This document shows, in pieces, positions 46,788 to 57,695 of a DNA stretch of 64,000 bases; within the stretch, counting starts at the first letter, position 1; every line of letters starts with the position of its first letter. Source of the stretch: an uncultured Alphaproteobacteria bacterium (GTDB taxonomy: Bacteria > Pseudomonadota > Alphaproteobacteria > RF32 > CAG-239); the NCBI GenBank assembly GCA_947588275.1, contig CANPYJ010000003.1, forward strand, positions 959 through 64,958. The letters are read 5' to 3'. The notes beneath the pieces were generated by a model. It searched no databases. It was not told the DNA's origin and worked only from the letters and a program-made list of their open reading frames with translations. The position numbers and the translations under genes were made by a program.

Positions 46788-47066
46788 TTAGCTCCTCTTC
46801 GCTTTCTTGTCTGCCGCATGGCCGTAGAATGTACGGGTGGGGGCAAACTCGCCGAATTTATGGCCAATCATATCCTCGGTAACCAGAACCGGAATAAATT
46901 TGTGGCCGTTGTGAACGCCGAACGTCAAGCCGACAAACTGCGGCAACATCGTTGAACGGCGCGACCAGATTTTAATCACCTCATTGCGGCTTGAAGATTT
47001 GGCCGCCTCAGCTTTTTTCAGAAGATAGCCATCAACAAACGGCCCTTTCCAAACGGAACGTGTCAT
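46788..47066 (-). CDS. rpsS: 30S ribosomal protein S19
   Basis: [12 protein letters not shown] ... [21 protein letters not shown]. Confidence 0.95.
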   Translation of the reverse strand: MTRSVWKGPFVDGYLLKKAEAAKSSSRNEVIKIWSRRSTMLPQFVGLTFGVHNGHKFIPVLVTEDMIGHKFGEFAPTRTFYGHAADKKAKRS

Positions 47067-47078
47067 ATGCAAATCTCC

Positions 47079-47915
47079 TTATTTCTTCTTGTTTTCGTGA
47101 CGGCTTCTCATAATGAACTTATCCGTCTTCTTGTTAGTACGAGTCTTGTAACCCTTGGTCGGTTTGCCCCACGGCGTAACCGGATGACGTCCGCCCGAGG
47201 TGCGTCCTTCGCCGCCGCCATGCGGGTGGTCAACCGGGTTCATCGCGACACCGCGCGACACCGGACGGTTGCCCAGCCAACGATTGCGGCCGGCCTTGCC
47301 AAGAGATCTGTTCTGGCTGTCCGGATTCGAAACCGCGCCGACAGTTGCTAAGCATTCTTCACGAACAACGCGAAGCTCGCCGCTTGAAAGTTTGAGCTGC
47401 GCATAACCGGCATCTTTACCAACCAGCTGAGCATAGCATCCGGCCGAACGAACCAACTGTCCGCCTTTGCCGGCACGCAACTCAACGTTGTGAATAATGG
47501 TACCGATAGGCATGCTCTTCAGAGGCATCGCATTGCCCGGCTTAATGTCGGCTTTGGCCGAAGCCACAACCTTGTCGCCGGCCTTCAGTCTTTGCGGAGC
47601 CAGAATATAAGCCTTTTCGCCGTCTTCATAGCTGATCAACGCAATGAAAGCCGAGCGGTTGGGATCATATTCGATTCTTTCAACCGTAGCCTCTAAATCA
47701 AACTTATTACGTTTAAAGTCAATCACGCGCAATTTGCGTTTATGACCGCCGCCAACCCTGCGACTGGTAACATGGCCGAAGTTATCGCGGCCGCCGGTCT
47801 TGGTCAGACCAACAGTCAGAGTCTTTTCCGGCTTGCCTTTATAGAGCTCGCTTCTGTCAACGATAACGAGCTGACGAAGTCCAGGAGATGTGGGCTTATA
47901 ATTTTTTAATGCCAT
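47079..47915 (-). CDS. rplB: 50S ribosomal protein L2
   Basis: [28 protein letters not shown] ... HPHGGGEGR. Confidence 0.96.
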   Translation of the reverse strand: MALKNYKPTSPGLRQLVIVDRSELYKGKPEKTLTVGLTKTGGRDNFGHVTSRRVGGGHKRKLRVIDFKRNKFDLEATVERIEYDPNRSAFIALISYEDGEKAYILAPQRLKAGDKVVASAKADIKPGNAMPLKSMPIGTIIHNVELRAGKGGQLVRSAGCYAQLVGKDAGYAQLKLSSGELRVVREECLATVGAVSNPDSQNRSLGKAGRNRWLGNRPVSRGVAMNPVDHPHGGGEGRTSGGRHPVTPWGKPTKGYKTRTNKKTDKFIMRSRHENKKK

Positions 47916-47918
47916 TTT

Positions 47919-48236
47919 TTAAATCCCTGTAGTAACATCAATATTTTGACCTTCGGCCAAAGTAACAACCGCTTTCTTAAAGTCAGACCGTTGTCCTACA
48001 TATCCTTTAAAGCGTTTTTCTTTGCCGTTTTGACGAATTGTGTTGACCTTGTTTACCTTGACGTTAAAAATCGCCTCAACAGCGGCTTTAACCTCATCTT
48101 TGTTGGCAGACAGAGGTACCAGGAAAGTAACCTTTCCGGCTTCCGACGAAAGCATGGACTTTTCGGTAATAACCGGATGAACGAGCGTGTCGTACATTTT
48201 CGCAGTTACGTTGTTTGTTTTTTTCGACTTACTCAT
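47919..48236 (-). CDS. rplW: 50S ribosomal protein L23
   Basis: [10 protein letters not shown]. The ATG overlaps the rplD stop (ATGA). Confidence 0.93.
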   Translation of the reverse strand: MSKSKKTNNVTAKMYDTLVHPVITEKSMLSSEAGKVTFLVPLSANKDEVKAAVEAIFNVKVNKVNTIRQNGKEKRFKGYVGQRSDFKKAVVTLAEGQNIDVTTGI

Positions 48237-48853
48237 TTCAATCTCTCTCCTAAGCAAGCAACGGCATCTTTAGTCAAGACGAGCTTGTCTTTTCTCAAGA
48301 TGTCATAAACGTTGGCACCGATAGTCGGCAAAATGTCAACGCCGTTGATGTTTCTGCTGGCCAGCGCGAAGTTCAGGTCGACTTCCTTGCCGTCAATAAA
48401 CAGACTGTTGCTCAAACCGCAGGCTGCGAGTTTGGCTTGCAAATCTTTGGTCTTGGGCTGAGCCAGTTTGGCTTCGTCAATGATAACCAGATTTCCCTCT
48501 TTGGCTTTGGCCGACAAAGCGGTTTTCAGCCCGAGTTTTCTGAACTTCTTGGTCAAATCATGCGAATGATCGCGGACAACCGGACCAAACACAACGCCGC
48601 CTTTTCTGAACTGCGTGCCTTTACGAGAGCCCTGACGAGCACGGCCGCCGCCTTTTTGTTTAAACGGCTTGGCCGGAGTCAACGCGACTTCCGAACGGCC
48701 TTTGGTTTTGTGATTGCCGGTTTGCAGCTTGGCCAATTGCCAAACCACGACCCGATGCAAAATATCGGGACGGACTTCCAAACCGAAAATCGACTCGTCC
48801 AAATCCAGAGACCCGACTTTTTTGTTTTCTAAATTCAAGATGTCCTGTTTCAT
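48233..48853 (-). CDS. rplD: 50S ribosomal protein L4
   Basis: [12 protein letters not shown]...GGVVFGP. Confidence 0.95.
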   Translation of the reverse strand: MKQDILNLENKKVGSLDLDESIFGLEVRPDILHRVVVWQLAKLQTGNHKTKGRSEVALTPAKPFKQKGGGRARQGSRKGTQFRKGGVVFGPVVRDHSHDLTKKFRKLGLKTALSAKAKEGNLVIIDEAKLAQPKTKDLQAKLAACGLSNSLFIDGKEVDLNFALASRNINGVDILPTIGANVYDILRKDKLVLTKDAVACLGERLK

Positions 48854-48867
48854 AATCTTGTTCCTTT

Positions 48868-49599
48868 CTACGCATTATCAGCCGGAGCCTCAGCTTCGGC
48901 TTTAGCTGCAACAGGTTCATCAGCTTTTTTCAGCAGACCGGCAGGCATCGGCAACTTGACCGAAGCCGGTTTTTTGATGGCATCGGAGATGTAAACCCAG
49001 CTGTTTTCGGCACCGGGAACACCGCCTTTGACCATAATCAAACCTTTTTCGGCATCGACCGAAACCACTTTCAGGTTCTGAACGGTAACCCGCTCATCGC
49101 CCATGTGACCGGCCATTTTTTTGCCCTTAAACACCTTTCCGGGATCTTGTCTTTGACCTGTGGAACCGTGAGCGCGGTGTGAAATTGACACGCCGTGCGA
49201 AGCTTCCAAACCGGCAAAGTTGTGACGTTTCATAACGCCGGCAAAACCTTTGCCGATAGACGTACCGCAGACGTCAACATACTGTCCGGCAACAAAATGT
49301 TCCGCAGATAATTTATCGCCGACCGTAAGCAGGCAGTCTTCCGACACGCGAAATTCGGCCAGTTTCTTTTTCGGTTCGACTTTAGCTTTGGCGAAATAAC
49401 CTTTCAGAGGTTTCGAAAGGTTCTTGGCTTTAACGTTGCCGCATCCCAGCTGAACGGCGGTATAACCGTCTTTCTCTTTGGTTTTGACGTCAACGACTTC
49501 AAGCCCGTCGACATGTAAAACGGTAACCGGAATATGAGTTCCGTCCATTTCAAACACGCGCGACATTCCAAGCTTTTTTGCGATTAGACCCGTACGCAT
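48868..49599 (-). CDS. rplC: 50S ribosomal protein L3
   Basis: [16 protein letters not shown] ... [13 protein letters not shown], with an Ala/Glu-rich C-terminal extension. Confidence 0.95.
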   Translation of the reverse strand: MRTGLIAKKLGMSRVFEMDGTHIPVTVLHVDGLEVVDVKTKEKDGYTAVQLGCGNVKAKNLSKPLKGYFAKAKVEPKKKLAEFRVSEDCLLTVGDKLSAEHFVAGQYVDVCGTSIGKGFAGVMKRHNFAGLEASHGVSISHRAHGSTGQRQDPGKVFKGKKMAGHMGDERVTVQNLKVVSVDAEKGLIMVKGGVPGAENSWVYISDAIKKPASVKLPMPAGLLKKADEPVAAKAEAEAPADNA

Positions 49600-49664
49600 T
49601 TATTTTATTTCCTTTTCTTAATTGGTTGACAGTCCGTCCGGACAGCCAACATTAACTTTGTTGT

Positions 49665-49976
49665 TTACAATTTGATTTCCACATTAACGCCGGCGGCCAA
49701 ATCCAGCTTCATCAAAGCATCAACCGTCTGCGGTGTGGGATCTACAATATCGAGAAGTCTCTTATGAGTGCGGATTTCGAATTGCTCGCGTGATTTTTTA
49801 TTAATATGCGGCGAACGATTCACCGTAAATTTCTCGATTCTGGTCGGCAGAGGAATGGGTCCTCTGACGTTAGCCCCGGTTCTTTTGGCCGTATGCACAA
49901 TCTCTTTGGTTGAGAGGTCAAGCAGCCGATGGTCAAAAGCCTTAAGGCGAATTCTTATGTTTTGTGTATCCATCAT
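49665..49976 (-). CDS. rpsJ: 30S ribosomal protein S10
   Basis: [11 protein letters not shown] ... [16 protein letters not shown]. Confidence 0.96.
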   Translation of the reverse strand: MMDTQNIRIRLKAFDHRLLDLSTKEIVHTAKRTGANVRGPIPLPTRIEKFTVNRSPHINKKSREQFEIRTHKRLLDIVDPTPQTVDALMKLDLAAGVNVEIKL

Positions 49977-50351
49977 GTTAAAATACTTTTCCTATAACTA
50001 GACGGCGACCTCTTACCAGAAGTTGCCCTCTAAACGTTAAACTCGGCAGAGCCTTGCCACGCAAGGGATGCGTTATGTTTTATACCTCAAGCGAACAGCC
50101 TCCGTAACGCCGATTCCGCTTGCCGTGAATGCCTTGTAACACAACCAAATCCTAATTGCAAGCAGTTTTTTTACAAAAATTCAAAAAAAATTATTTTTGA
50201 TACAGCGCAAACCTTGACTCAGACTCTGTTTGAGTCAAGGCAGAATTTTTGTCTATTGTCCAGTTCGGCAACCAAAAGATGTTTATCAACAAGCAATCAA
50301 TTTTTTATTGCAACTTTGTTTAAGACTGTTATAACTGTTGTCGAACCTAAT

Positions 50352-50633
50352 ATGAAAGCAAATAAAATGACCAAACTATGCAATCGTATCATTACCGTAA
50401 ACAGCCGCCGCACCAGCATGCGGTTGTGCAGTCAGGAATGGAAAGCTTTGGATGAAGTTTGCCGCAAAGAGAAACTCAGCCGCAGCGAATTGGTGACCAT
50501 AATCGAAAAAAACAAAAACGAAATTTTTGGATTAGCTTACGCGACCAGATTGTTTTTGTTGCTTTATTATAAGGCCATCGCCGAACGTCAGCGTCGCCAG
50601 GTTTTGGCCACGACGCTCAAAGACCTTTCGTGA
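50352..50633 (+). CDS. Ribbon-helix-helix protein (RHH_4 / COG4321-like)
   Basis: ITVNSRRTSMRLCSQEWKALDEVCRKEKLSRSELVTII...YATRLFLLLYY matches the R.TS.RLE..FW.AL..IA...G.S...L...ID pattern common in Alphaproteobacteria. Confidence 0.6.
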   Translation: MKANKMTKLCNRIITVNSRRTSMRLCSQEWKALDEVCRKEKLSRSELVTIIEKNKNEIFGLAYATRLFLLLYYKAIAERQRRQVLATTLKDLS

Positions 50634-50671
50634 ACTCCTCCTGTTATTATTATAAGAGAAAAAATCGCACA

Positions 50672-50709
50672 CAAAAAAGCCCGAAGCCTCAAAGCTCCGG
50701 ACTTTTTTG
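50672..50709. terminator. Bidirectional terminator between the RHH gene and tolB
   Basis: CCGAAGC-CTCAAA-GCTCCGG (one mismatch) flanked by A6 and T6 runs. Confidence 0.5.
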
Positions 50710-50823
50710 TTTTCTCTGCCGAACCGGGCATCTCGCAGCAAACGACCGTCTTTCAGAACGGCGCCGGCAGATTTCCGTTCAACCGGAGCCGTCGGCGGTC
50801 GGTTTTGATGCCCTTCTGCTCGG

Positions 50824-52146
50824 TTAGGGCAGCAACGGCGACCACGCCGGATCCGAACCGTCGGCCGGCGTAATAATCTGCCGCTCGTTATATCCGGTCA
50901 AATCAATGGAATACAGCTTAACCGGAGCGGTGCCGCGCCCGCCTTCTTCCTGTCTGAAGAATATCAGGACGCGTCCGTTGGGCGACCAAGTCGGCCCTTC
51001 AACCAGATAACCGCTGGCCAACAAGCGCTCGCCGCTGCCGTCCGGATACATTACGCCGATATAAAATTGCCCGCCGGCAATTTTGGTAAACGCGATATAG
51101 TCGCCGCGCGGCGACCACACCGGCGTCGCATAGCGACCGGAACCGAAACTGATGCGCTTGACGTCGCTGCCGTCGGCATTCATAACATAAAGCTGCTGAT
51201 TGCCGCCGCGGTCAGAGTTAAACACGATTTGACTGCCGTCCGGCGAATAGCATGGAGACGTGTCAATCGCGTTGCTGTTGGTCAGCTGCTTGCTGGTGCG
51301 CGTTTTCAAATCCATTTCATAAATGTTGGTCTTGCCGTTATTGGCATAACTCAGCAAAACTTTGGAGCTGTCGGGCGAAAACCGCGGCGCAAAAGTCATC
51401 CCCGGAAAATTTCCCAGAAGCATTTGTTTGCCCGTCTCAATATCCAGCAGATACACCCGCGGCGAATTGCCGCTGTACGACATATAGGTGATTTTTTGCA
51501 AATTCGGAGAAAACCGCGGAGTCAGAGCCATATACTCGCCGGAAGTCAAAAACTTGTGGTTTTCGCCGTCCTGATCCATAATGGCCAAACGCTTGATACG
51601 GCGCGTCGCCGGCCCGGTCTCCGAAACATAAACGATTCGTGTGTCAAAATAGCCCTTTTCGCCGGTTAAACGCTCATAAATCGCGTCGGCCATCACATGC
51701 GCCACACGCCGCCAGTTGTCTTTAGAAGTCGTGTAAGACTGTCCCTGCATTTGCGTCTCGGTATAGACATCCCAAAGACGGAATTCTATCCGCACGTTAT
51801 TGGCGTCGACTTCCGTAATGGCGCTTTGCACCAACACTTGCGCATTAATGGCTTTCCAGTCGGTAAAATTCGGCTCCTGCGACATGGAGTTGAATTCCTG
51901 AATATAACTGCGTTCGCTGATAATGCGAAACAACCCCGAACGTTCCAAATCAGCCGTAACGACATCACGAATTTTGCCGCCCAGCCGGCCGACAAAGAAA
52001 CCCTCGTGAATCATTTGCGGAAAAGCCACCGGCATCGGTTCGCGCTGCGCTCCGTCAACGTCAATCCGCAGTTCGGCCCGCGCCGGCAAAGCAAAGGCCA
52101 GCGCACACAGCATCATCCAAAAACTTATTCCCAATCGCAATTTCAT
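50824..52146 (-). CDS. tolB: Tol-Pal system periplasmic protein TolB
   Basis: Signal peptide, N-terminal alpha/beta domain, and six-bladed beta-propeller repeats (SPRFSPD..., YSPDGS..., WSPRGD..., WSPNGR...). Confidence 0.92.
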   Translation of the reverse strand: MKLRLGISFWMMLCALAFALPARAELRIDVDGAQREPMPVAFPQMIHEGFFVGRLGGKIRDVVTADLERSGLFRIISERSYIQEFNSMSQEPNFTDWKAINAQVLVQSAITEVDANNVRIEFRLWDVYTETQMQGQSYTTSKDNWRRVAHVMADAIYERLTGEKGYFDTRIVYVSETGPATRRIKRLAIMDQDGENHKFLTSGEYMALTPRFSPNLQKITYMSYSGNSPRVYLLDIETGKQMLLGNFPGMTFAPRFSPDSSKVLLSYANNGKTNIYEMDLKTRTSKQLTNSNAIDTSPCYSPDGSQIVFNSDRGGNQQLYVMNADGSDVKRISFGSGRYATPVWSPRGDYIAFTKIAGGQFYIGVMYPDGSGERLLASGYLVEGPTWSPNGRVLIFFRQEEGGRGTAPVKLYSIDLTGYNERQIITPADGSDPAWSPLLP

Positions 52147-52287
52147 TGTTTTTCTCTCAACTGAAAAATTTTACTGGCTGATATAGTAAACAATGTTTAA
52201 AAAAAATCAATTGGCAATCCGCCGGTTCGGCATAACTTTTGGATCATATCTCTTGACAGGCGGCCTTGATACGATAAACTGCAGGTT

Positions 52288-52746
52288 ATGACCTTAAAAG
52301 AACTAAAATCCGTTTTGCCTGACCATGCGGCGCTGCTTGGATTTGACTACGGCGAAAAACGCCTTGGCGTTGCCGTATCGGACTCGTTGCGATTGGTGGC
52401 AACGGCGCAAAAAACCATTGTTCGCTCTTCCTGGGAACAGGACATGGCGCAGATTCGCGCTTTGTTGGAAGGGCGTTCGATCGGTGCGATCATTTACGGG
52501 CTGCCGTTGCAAATGAACGGCACCGAAGGCCAGACCGCCGCCGCGGTGCGCCGCTTTGCCGAAAAGGTTGCCGGCGAAATACCCCTGCCCTGGGCTTTTT
52601 GGGATGAGCGCCTGTCATCACGCGCTGCCGAGAGTTTCTTAATCAAGGAAGTCGACTTGTCGCGCGCCAAACGCAAGCAAATTTTAGACAGTTCCGCCGC
52701 CGCTTACATTTTGCAGGGCGCGTTGGACGCGCTGGCGCTTCTCTGA
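52288..52746 (+). CDS. ruvX: Putative pre-16S rRNA nuclease / Holliday-junction-resolvase-like YqgF
   Basis: LLGFDYGEKRLGVAVSD ... YGLPLQMNGTEG ... WDERLSS ... ILDSSAAAYILQ. Confidence 0.88.
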   Translation: MTLKELKSVLPDHAALLGFDYGEKRLGVAVSDSLRLVATAQKTIVRSSWEQDMAQIRALLEGRSIGAIIYGLPLQMNGTEGQTAAAVRRFAEKVAGEIPLPWAFWDERLSSRAAESFLIKEVDLSRAKRKQILDSSAAAYILQGALDALALL

Positions 52747-52866
52747 CCCCTGATAATTGTATCTAAAAGCGGTTTAAATACGGCGTTTTTTCATTATATG
52801 ACTTTGGTCTGCCGCAACCGGCAGCGCGATTTTTTCTCAATCAACAACAATCAAAGGGGACTTAAG

Positions 52867-53073
52867 ATGTCAACAGGCACTGTCAAATGGTTTAACCAAA
52901 AAAAAGGCTACGGATTTATAATTCCGGAAACCGGAGAAAAAGATATTTTTGTTCATATTTCGCAGCTTGAAAAAGCCGGCATTTCCCGACTGGTGGACGG
53001 CCAGCGCATCAAATACGAACTTTATGCCGACCGCGACGGCCGCGCTGCCGCCGGCGAACTGCGGCTAATGTGA
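52867..53073 (+). CDS. cspA: Cold-shock domain protein
   Basis: GTVKWFNQKKGYGFI ... DIFVHIS (RNP1/RNP2 motifs). Confidence 0.93.
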   Translation: MSTGTVKWFNQKKGYGFIIPETGEKDIFVHISQLEKAGISRLVDGQRIKYELYADRDGRAAAGELRLM

Positions 53074-53091
53074 GCGTGCCCTGATTTTCTT

Positions 53092-53119
53092 AAAAAACCC
53101 GCGACATCGCGGGTTTTTT
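53092..53119. terminator. Bidirectional terminator
   Basis: AACCCGCGA / TCGCGGGTT stem flanked by an A-run and a T-run. Confidence 0.8.
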
Positions 53120-53133
53120 AAGAAACTTTGCAC

Positions 53134-53571
53134 TTACACGTCTTTAACCATACGGGCAAACGTCAATCCCTGTTCTTCAAAAATATCCCCTTCTTGCCGA
53201 AATCCGACCTTTTCATAAAAGGGAACGGCAGTCAGTCTGGCATGCATCACAATCCGCGAATATCCGGCCTCGACAGCGCGTTTTTCGGCATATTTGACCA
53301 TGGCACGGCCGATTCCCTCACGCTGATATTTAGTATCGACAGTCACTTCCATCATCCGCACCGTATTGTTATCGACCGGCGCCAGCATCAGCCCGCCGAC
53401 CAGCTTGTCGTCCAAACACTCGATGCAGCCGATGTGCAGATAGTTCATTTCTTTTTGGCGATGGGCATCCAAAAACTTCAGCCCCAGAGGTTCAAGAAGG
53501 ATTTTATAACGCAGTTCGACCAACTCGTCATAGCGGGTAGAACCAAAATCTATGTCGATCATTTTTTTCAT
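53134..53571 (-). CDS. GNAT-family N-acetyltransferase
   Basis: QREGIGRAMVKYAEKRAVEAGYSRIVMHARLTAVPFYEKVGF (acetyl-CoA motif A). ATG follows an AAAGGAGG SD. Confidence 0.8.
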   Translation of the reverse strand: MKKMIDIDFGSTRYDELVELRYKILLEPLGLKFLDAHRQKEMNYLHIGCIECLDDKLVGGLMLAPVDNNTVRMMEVTVDTKYQREGIGRAMVKYAEKRAVEAGYSRIVMHARLTAVPFYEKVGFRQEGDIFEEQGLTFARMVKDV

Positions 53572-53736
53572 CGGACAATCCTCCTTTTCTAATAATATCT
53601 GCAAGATTGATTATAACTCATTTTTGATAATCAATCAATAGATATCGGTTTAATGTCATTTTGTAGTTGCGAAAATAAAAATATCGGATATTTTCAATAC
53701 AGATTAAATAAGCACAACCGAAAGTTTGACAAGCTG

Positions 53737-55545
53737 ATGACCAAACATAAATTAGATCATATCCGCAATTTTGCCATCATCGCTCATATCGACCACGGCA
53801 AATCGACGCTGGCCGACCGCTTGATAGAAATCTGCGGCGGGCTCGAAAAACGCGAGATGACCGAGCAGGTTTTGGACAATATGGACATTGAAAAAGAGCG
53901 CGGCATCACCATTAAAGCGCAAACCGTTCGTCTAAACTACGCCGCCAAAGACGGACGGACTTATCAGCTCAATCTTATAGACACTCCCGGCCACGTGGAT
54001 TTTTCATATGAAGTTTCGCGTTCTTTGGCCTCCTGTGAAGGCTCGGTTTTGGTGGTTGATGCCACCCAGGGAGTAGAAGCGCAAACTTTAGCCAACGTTT
54101 ATCTGGCCATCGACAATAATCACGAAATTGTGCCGGTTTTAAATAAAATTGACCTGCCCTCGGCCGACCCCGAACGCGTCAAAGCGCAAATTGAAGAAGT
54201 CATCGGTCTTGATGCCTCCGACGCCATTGAAACCTCGGGCAAAACCGGCTTGGGCGTGTCCGATTTACTGGAAGCCATTGTCACCCGCCTGCCGGCGCCC
54301 GAAGGCGATGAAACGGCGCCGCTCAAAGCGTTGCTGATTGACAGCTGGTATGACAGTTATCTCGGCGTGGTAATTTTGGTGCGCGTTCACGACGGCATTT
54401 TGCGCCGCAAAACCCAAATCCGCATGATGTCCAACAACGCTGTCTATCTGGTGGAAAAAGTCGGTATCTTTTCGCCCAAGATGACCGACGTCGAAACTCT
54501 CTGCCCCGGTGAGGTCGGGTTTATAACCGCCAGCATCAAAAGTGTGGGTGACTGCCACATCGGCGATACCATAACCGATAACAAAAAGCCGTGCGAGGCG
54601 CCGCTCAAAGGATTCAAGCCCTCGGTGCCGGTCGTTTTCTGCTCTATTTTTCCGGTTGATTCAAGTCAATACGATTTGCTCAAAGACGCTTTGGCCAAGC
54701 TCAAGCTCAACGATGCCAGCATCGATTACCAAAACGAGAACTCCGCCGCCTTGGGGCTCGGTTTCCGCTGCGGATTCCTCGGACTTTTGCACATGGAAAT
54801 CATTCAGGAACGTCTGGGACGCGAATTTGATCTTGATCTCATCACCACCGCTCCATCCGTGGCTTACAAAATCCACCTGACCAACGGCACCTGCATCACT
54901 TTGCACAATCCGGCCGATTTGCCTGATTTGTCACAGATCAAATCAATTGAAGAACCGATGGTCAAAGCAACTATTTTGGTACCGGACATCTATCTTGGCT
55001 CCATCCTCAAACTTTGCACCGAACGCCGCGGCGAACAGGCGGAACTGACTTATGTCGGCAATCGCGCCATGGTCGTCTACAACATTCCGTTGGCTGAAAT
55101 TGTGTTCGATTTTTATGACCGCCTCAAATCGGTAACCAGCGGATATGCAAGTTTTGACTATGAGCTCACCGGTTATCAAGAATCCGATTTGGTCAAAGTA
55201 CAGATTCTCATCAATGAAGAACCCGTTGACGCTTTGGCTTTTTTGAGTCACCGGTCCGAAGCCGAAGCCCGCGGCCGGCAGATTTGCGAGCGCCTCAAGG
55301 ATTTGATTCCCCGGCACTTATTCAAAATCCCGCTTCAGGCCTGCATCGGCGGAAGAGTCGTGGCGCGCGAGACAATCTCGGCCTTGCGCAAAGACGTCAC
55401 CGCCAAATGTTACGGCGGAGACGTCACCCGCAAACGCAAATTGCTTGACAAGCAGAAAAAAGGCAAACAACGAATGCGCCAATTCGGCAAGGTAGAGGTT
55501 CCGCAGTCGGCGTTTATCGAGGCGTTGCGCATTGGCGACGACTAA
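53737..55545 (+). CDS. lepA: Translation elongation factor 4
   Basis: [29 protein letters not shown], and the LepA C-terminal domain. The track's first 28 aa is a read-in. Confidence 0.95.
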   Translation: MTKHKLDHIRNFAIIAHIDHGKSTLADRLIEICGGLEKREMTEQVLDNMDIEKERGITIKAQTVRLNYAAKDGRTYQLNLIDTPGHVDFSYEVSRSLASCEGSVLVVDATQGVEAQTLANVYLAIDNNHEIVPVLNKIDLPSADPERVKAQIEEVIGLDASDAIETSGKTGLGVSDLLEAIVTRLPAPEGDETAPLKALLIDSWYDSYLGVVILVRVHDGILRRKTQIRMMSNNAVYLVEKVGIFSPKMTDVETLCPGEVGFITASIKSVGDCHIGDTITDNKKPCEAPLKGFKPSVPVVFCSIFPVDSSQYDLLKDALAKLKLNDASIDYQNENSAALGLGFRCGFLGLLHMEIIQERLGREFDLDLITTAPSVAYKIHLTNGTCITLHNPADLPDLSQIKSIEEPMVKATILVPDIYLGSILKLCTERRGEQAELTYVGNRAMVVYNIPLAEIVFDFYDRLKSVTSGYASFDYELTGYQESDLVKVQILINEEPVDALAFLSHRSEAEARGRQICERLKDLIPRHLFKIPLQACIGGRVVARETISALRKDVTAKCYGGDVTRKRKLLDKQKKGKQRMRQFGKVEVPQSAFIEALRIGDD

Positions 55546-55597
55546 ACTCCCGACACCCTCTGCAATAGTTGATAAATCCGCAAGTCTAGTAGATTTT

Positions 55598-55626
55598 TTG
55601 ACAAACTTCTGCTAAACTGATGCAAT
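55598..55626 (+). promoter_or_regulatory. Candidate promoter for deoB
   Basis: TTGACA, 17 nt spacer, TGCAAT. Confidence 0.4.
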
Positions 55627-55646
55627 CATAAACAGGGAGTCGGAAA

Positions 55647-56846
55647 ATGTCTCGGGCAATTATACTGATGATGGATTCGTTTGGTATCGGCGGCGCACCC
55701 GATGCCTGCATGTTTGGCGACGACGGAGCGGACACTTTTGGCCACATTGCCAAAGTCAACTTAGGGCTCAACATACCCAATCTGATGATGCTCGGGCTCG
55801 GCAAAGCTGCCGAAGCCACAACCGGTTTACAACGTGAGGCCGGCCTGCAAGATCCGGTTAAACTGAGCCTTCACTCCAAATATGGCCATGCGGTCGAAAT
55901 CAGCAAAGCCAAGGACACCACATCCGGACATTGGGAAATGGCCGGTGTTCCGGTTTTGCAGGAATGGGGATATTTTCCAAAATCTTATCCCTCTTTTCCT
56001 GACCGACTGGTACAGCGGATATGTGCGCGTGCAAACTTAAGTGGCATATTGGGCAACAAGGCTGCTTCCGGCACCGAAATCATCAAAGAACTGGGCGAAA
56101 AGCATCTGCAAACCGGTCTGCCGATATTTTACACGTCGGCCGACAGCTGCCTGCAAATTGCCGCCCATGAGAAGCGCTTCGGTCTCGACAAACTCTACGA
56201 GCTCTGTCAAATCGCCTTTGAGGAAGTCAAACCCTATCGCATTGCCCGCATTATTGCCCGTCCGTTTGTCGGCAATGTTGCAGAAGATTTCACCCGCACC
56301 GGCAACCGCCGCGACTACTCGGTGACTCCGCCGGCGCCGACGCTGCTGGACAAGTTCAAAGAAACCGGCGGAACAGTCGTTGCCATTGGCAAAATCAGTG
56401 ACATTTACGCCGGTTGCGGCATCAGTCAAAGTATTCATGCCACCGGTTTGGAAGAATTGTGGAACGCCACGCTCAAAGCCGTTCGCGAGGCGCCGAACAA
56501 TTCGCTGATCTTTACCAACTTTGTCGACTTTGACATGCTTTACGGCCATCGCCGCGACGTCAAAGGCTATGCTCGCGCGCTTGAATATTTTGATCGCCGA
56601 TTGCCGGAGTTTTTTGCCCTGCTCAAAGAAGACGATTTGGCTTTCGTTACCGCCGATCATGGCAACGACCCCACCTGGGAAGGAACCGATCATACCCGCG
56701 AACAGGTGCCCGTATTGATGTTCGGACATCAGGTAACCTCGGCCGACATCGGAAAACGCGATACTTTTGCCGACATTGCGCAAACCATCGCCGAATTTTT
56801 CAACCTGCCGCCGTTTGAATACGGCCGCTCATTTCTGAAAGACTGA
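55647..56846 (+). CDS. deoB: Phosphopentomutase
   Basis: [16 protein letters not shown]...[12 protein letters not shown] ... TADHGNDPT. Confidence 0.9.
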   Translation: MSRAIILMMDSFGIGGAPDACMFGDDGADTFGHIAKVNLGLNIPNLMMLGLGKAAEATTGLQREAGLQDPVKLSLHSKYGHAVEISKAKDTTSGHWEMAGVPVLQEWGYFPKSYPSFPDRLVQRICARANLSGILGNKAASGTEIIKELGEKHLQTGLPIFYTSADSCLQIAAHEKRFGLDKLYELCQIAFEEVKPYRIARIIARPFVGNVAEDFTRTGNRRDYSVTPPAPTLLDKFKETGGTVVAIGKISDIYAGCGISQSIHATGLEELWNATLKAVREAPNNSLIFTNFVDFDMLYGHRRDVKGYARALEYFDRRLPEFFALLKEDDLAFVTADHGNDPTWEGTDHTREQVPVLMFGHQVTSADIGKRDTFADIAQTIAEFFNLPPFEYGRSFLKD

Positions 56847-56849
56847 TGC

Positions 56850-57608
56850 ATGAGCTGGACAGCGCCCAACCTGCCGGCCGGCCGGCATTGTTTTTTCGGT
56901 TCCGAAGGCGGAGTATCCGAAGGGTTTTATCAAAGTCTGAACGTCAATACCAAAAGCGACGACAGTCCGGCGCATGTCTCGGCCAATCTGCAAATTGCCG
57001 CCGACCGATTCGGATTGGACAAATCATGCCTCAACTTGCTTAATCAAGGCGTATCAAACACCGCCGTTTACATCGATTCGCCAACGCAAGATCAAATTGA
57101 AGCCGATGGCACCGTAACCACCCGTCCCAATCTGATTTTATGTATCCGCACGGCCGATTGCGCGCCGGTTTTGCTGGCCGATGTCAAACATGGCGTCATC
57201 GGCGCGGCACATGCCGGCTGGCGCGGCGCTTTCCAAGGAATTATTGAAAACACGGTCGATTTGATGTGTCGGCATGGCGCCGAAACGGCCGACATTGCCG
57301 CCGCGGTTGGCCCCTGTATCGGCCAGGCCTCCTATGAAGTTGACGCCGGATTTTATGACCAGTTTGTGCATCGGGATCCGGCTTATGCCGCGTTTTTTGC
57401 TGCCGGACGCGAGGCACATTTTCAGTTTGACCTTGAAGCTTTTTGCATTGCCCGGCTGAAAGCCTGCGGCCTGACCGACATTGCCGCCGCCCATATAGAC
57501 ACTTATGCCGAAACCAAAAAATATTACAGCTTCCGCCGTTTCACGCATCAGGCTCTGATAAAACGGCTCAAAGCTTTTCCGACGGAGCTTTCGGCCATTG
57601 TGTTGTAG
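56850..57608 (+). CDS. pgeF: YfiH/PgeF-family protein (peptidoglycan editing factor / laccase-domain protein)
   Basis: ADG...RTADCAPVLLAD...GAAHAGWRG...GI...GPCIG...YEV. Confidence 0.85.
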   Translation: MSWTAPNLPAGRHCFFGSEGGVSEGFYQSLNVNTKSDDSPAHVSANLQIAADRFGLDKSCLNLLNQGVSNTAVYIDSPTQDQIEADGTVTTRPNLILCIRTADCAPVLLADVKHGVIGAAHAGWRGAFQGIIENTVDLMCRHGAETADIAAAVGPCIGQASYEVDAGFYDQFVHRDPAYAAFFAAGREAHFQFDLEAFCIARLKACGLTDIAAAHIDTYAETKKYYSFRRFTHQALIKRLKAFPTELSAIVL

Positions 57609-57695
57609 ACTTTGCACAATCAACCGAATCAACTTTAATTTCACAAAAAAACCGAATACAATAACTTCATTGTCATAACAAATTCGCCGTGTCAC

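Noticed and set aside
49977-50211. S10 (L4-responsive) leader and promoter upstream of rpsJ.
   Set aside because: The region is clearly non-coding and GC-structured, but I could not identify a convincing -10 (the best is TTGCAA-17-TACAAG). I also cannot assert homology to the E. coli attenuator from sequence alone.
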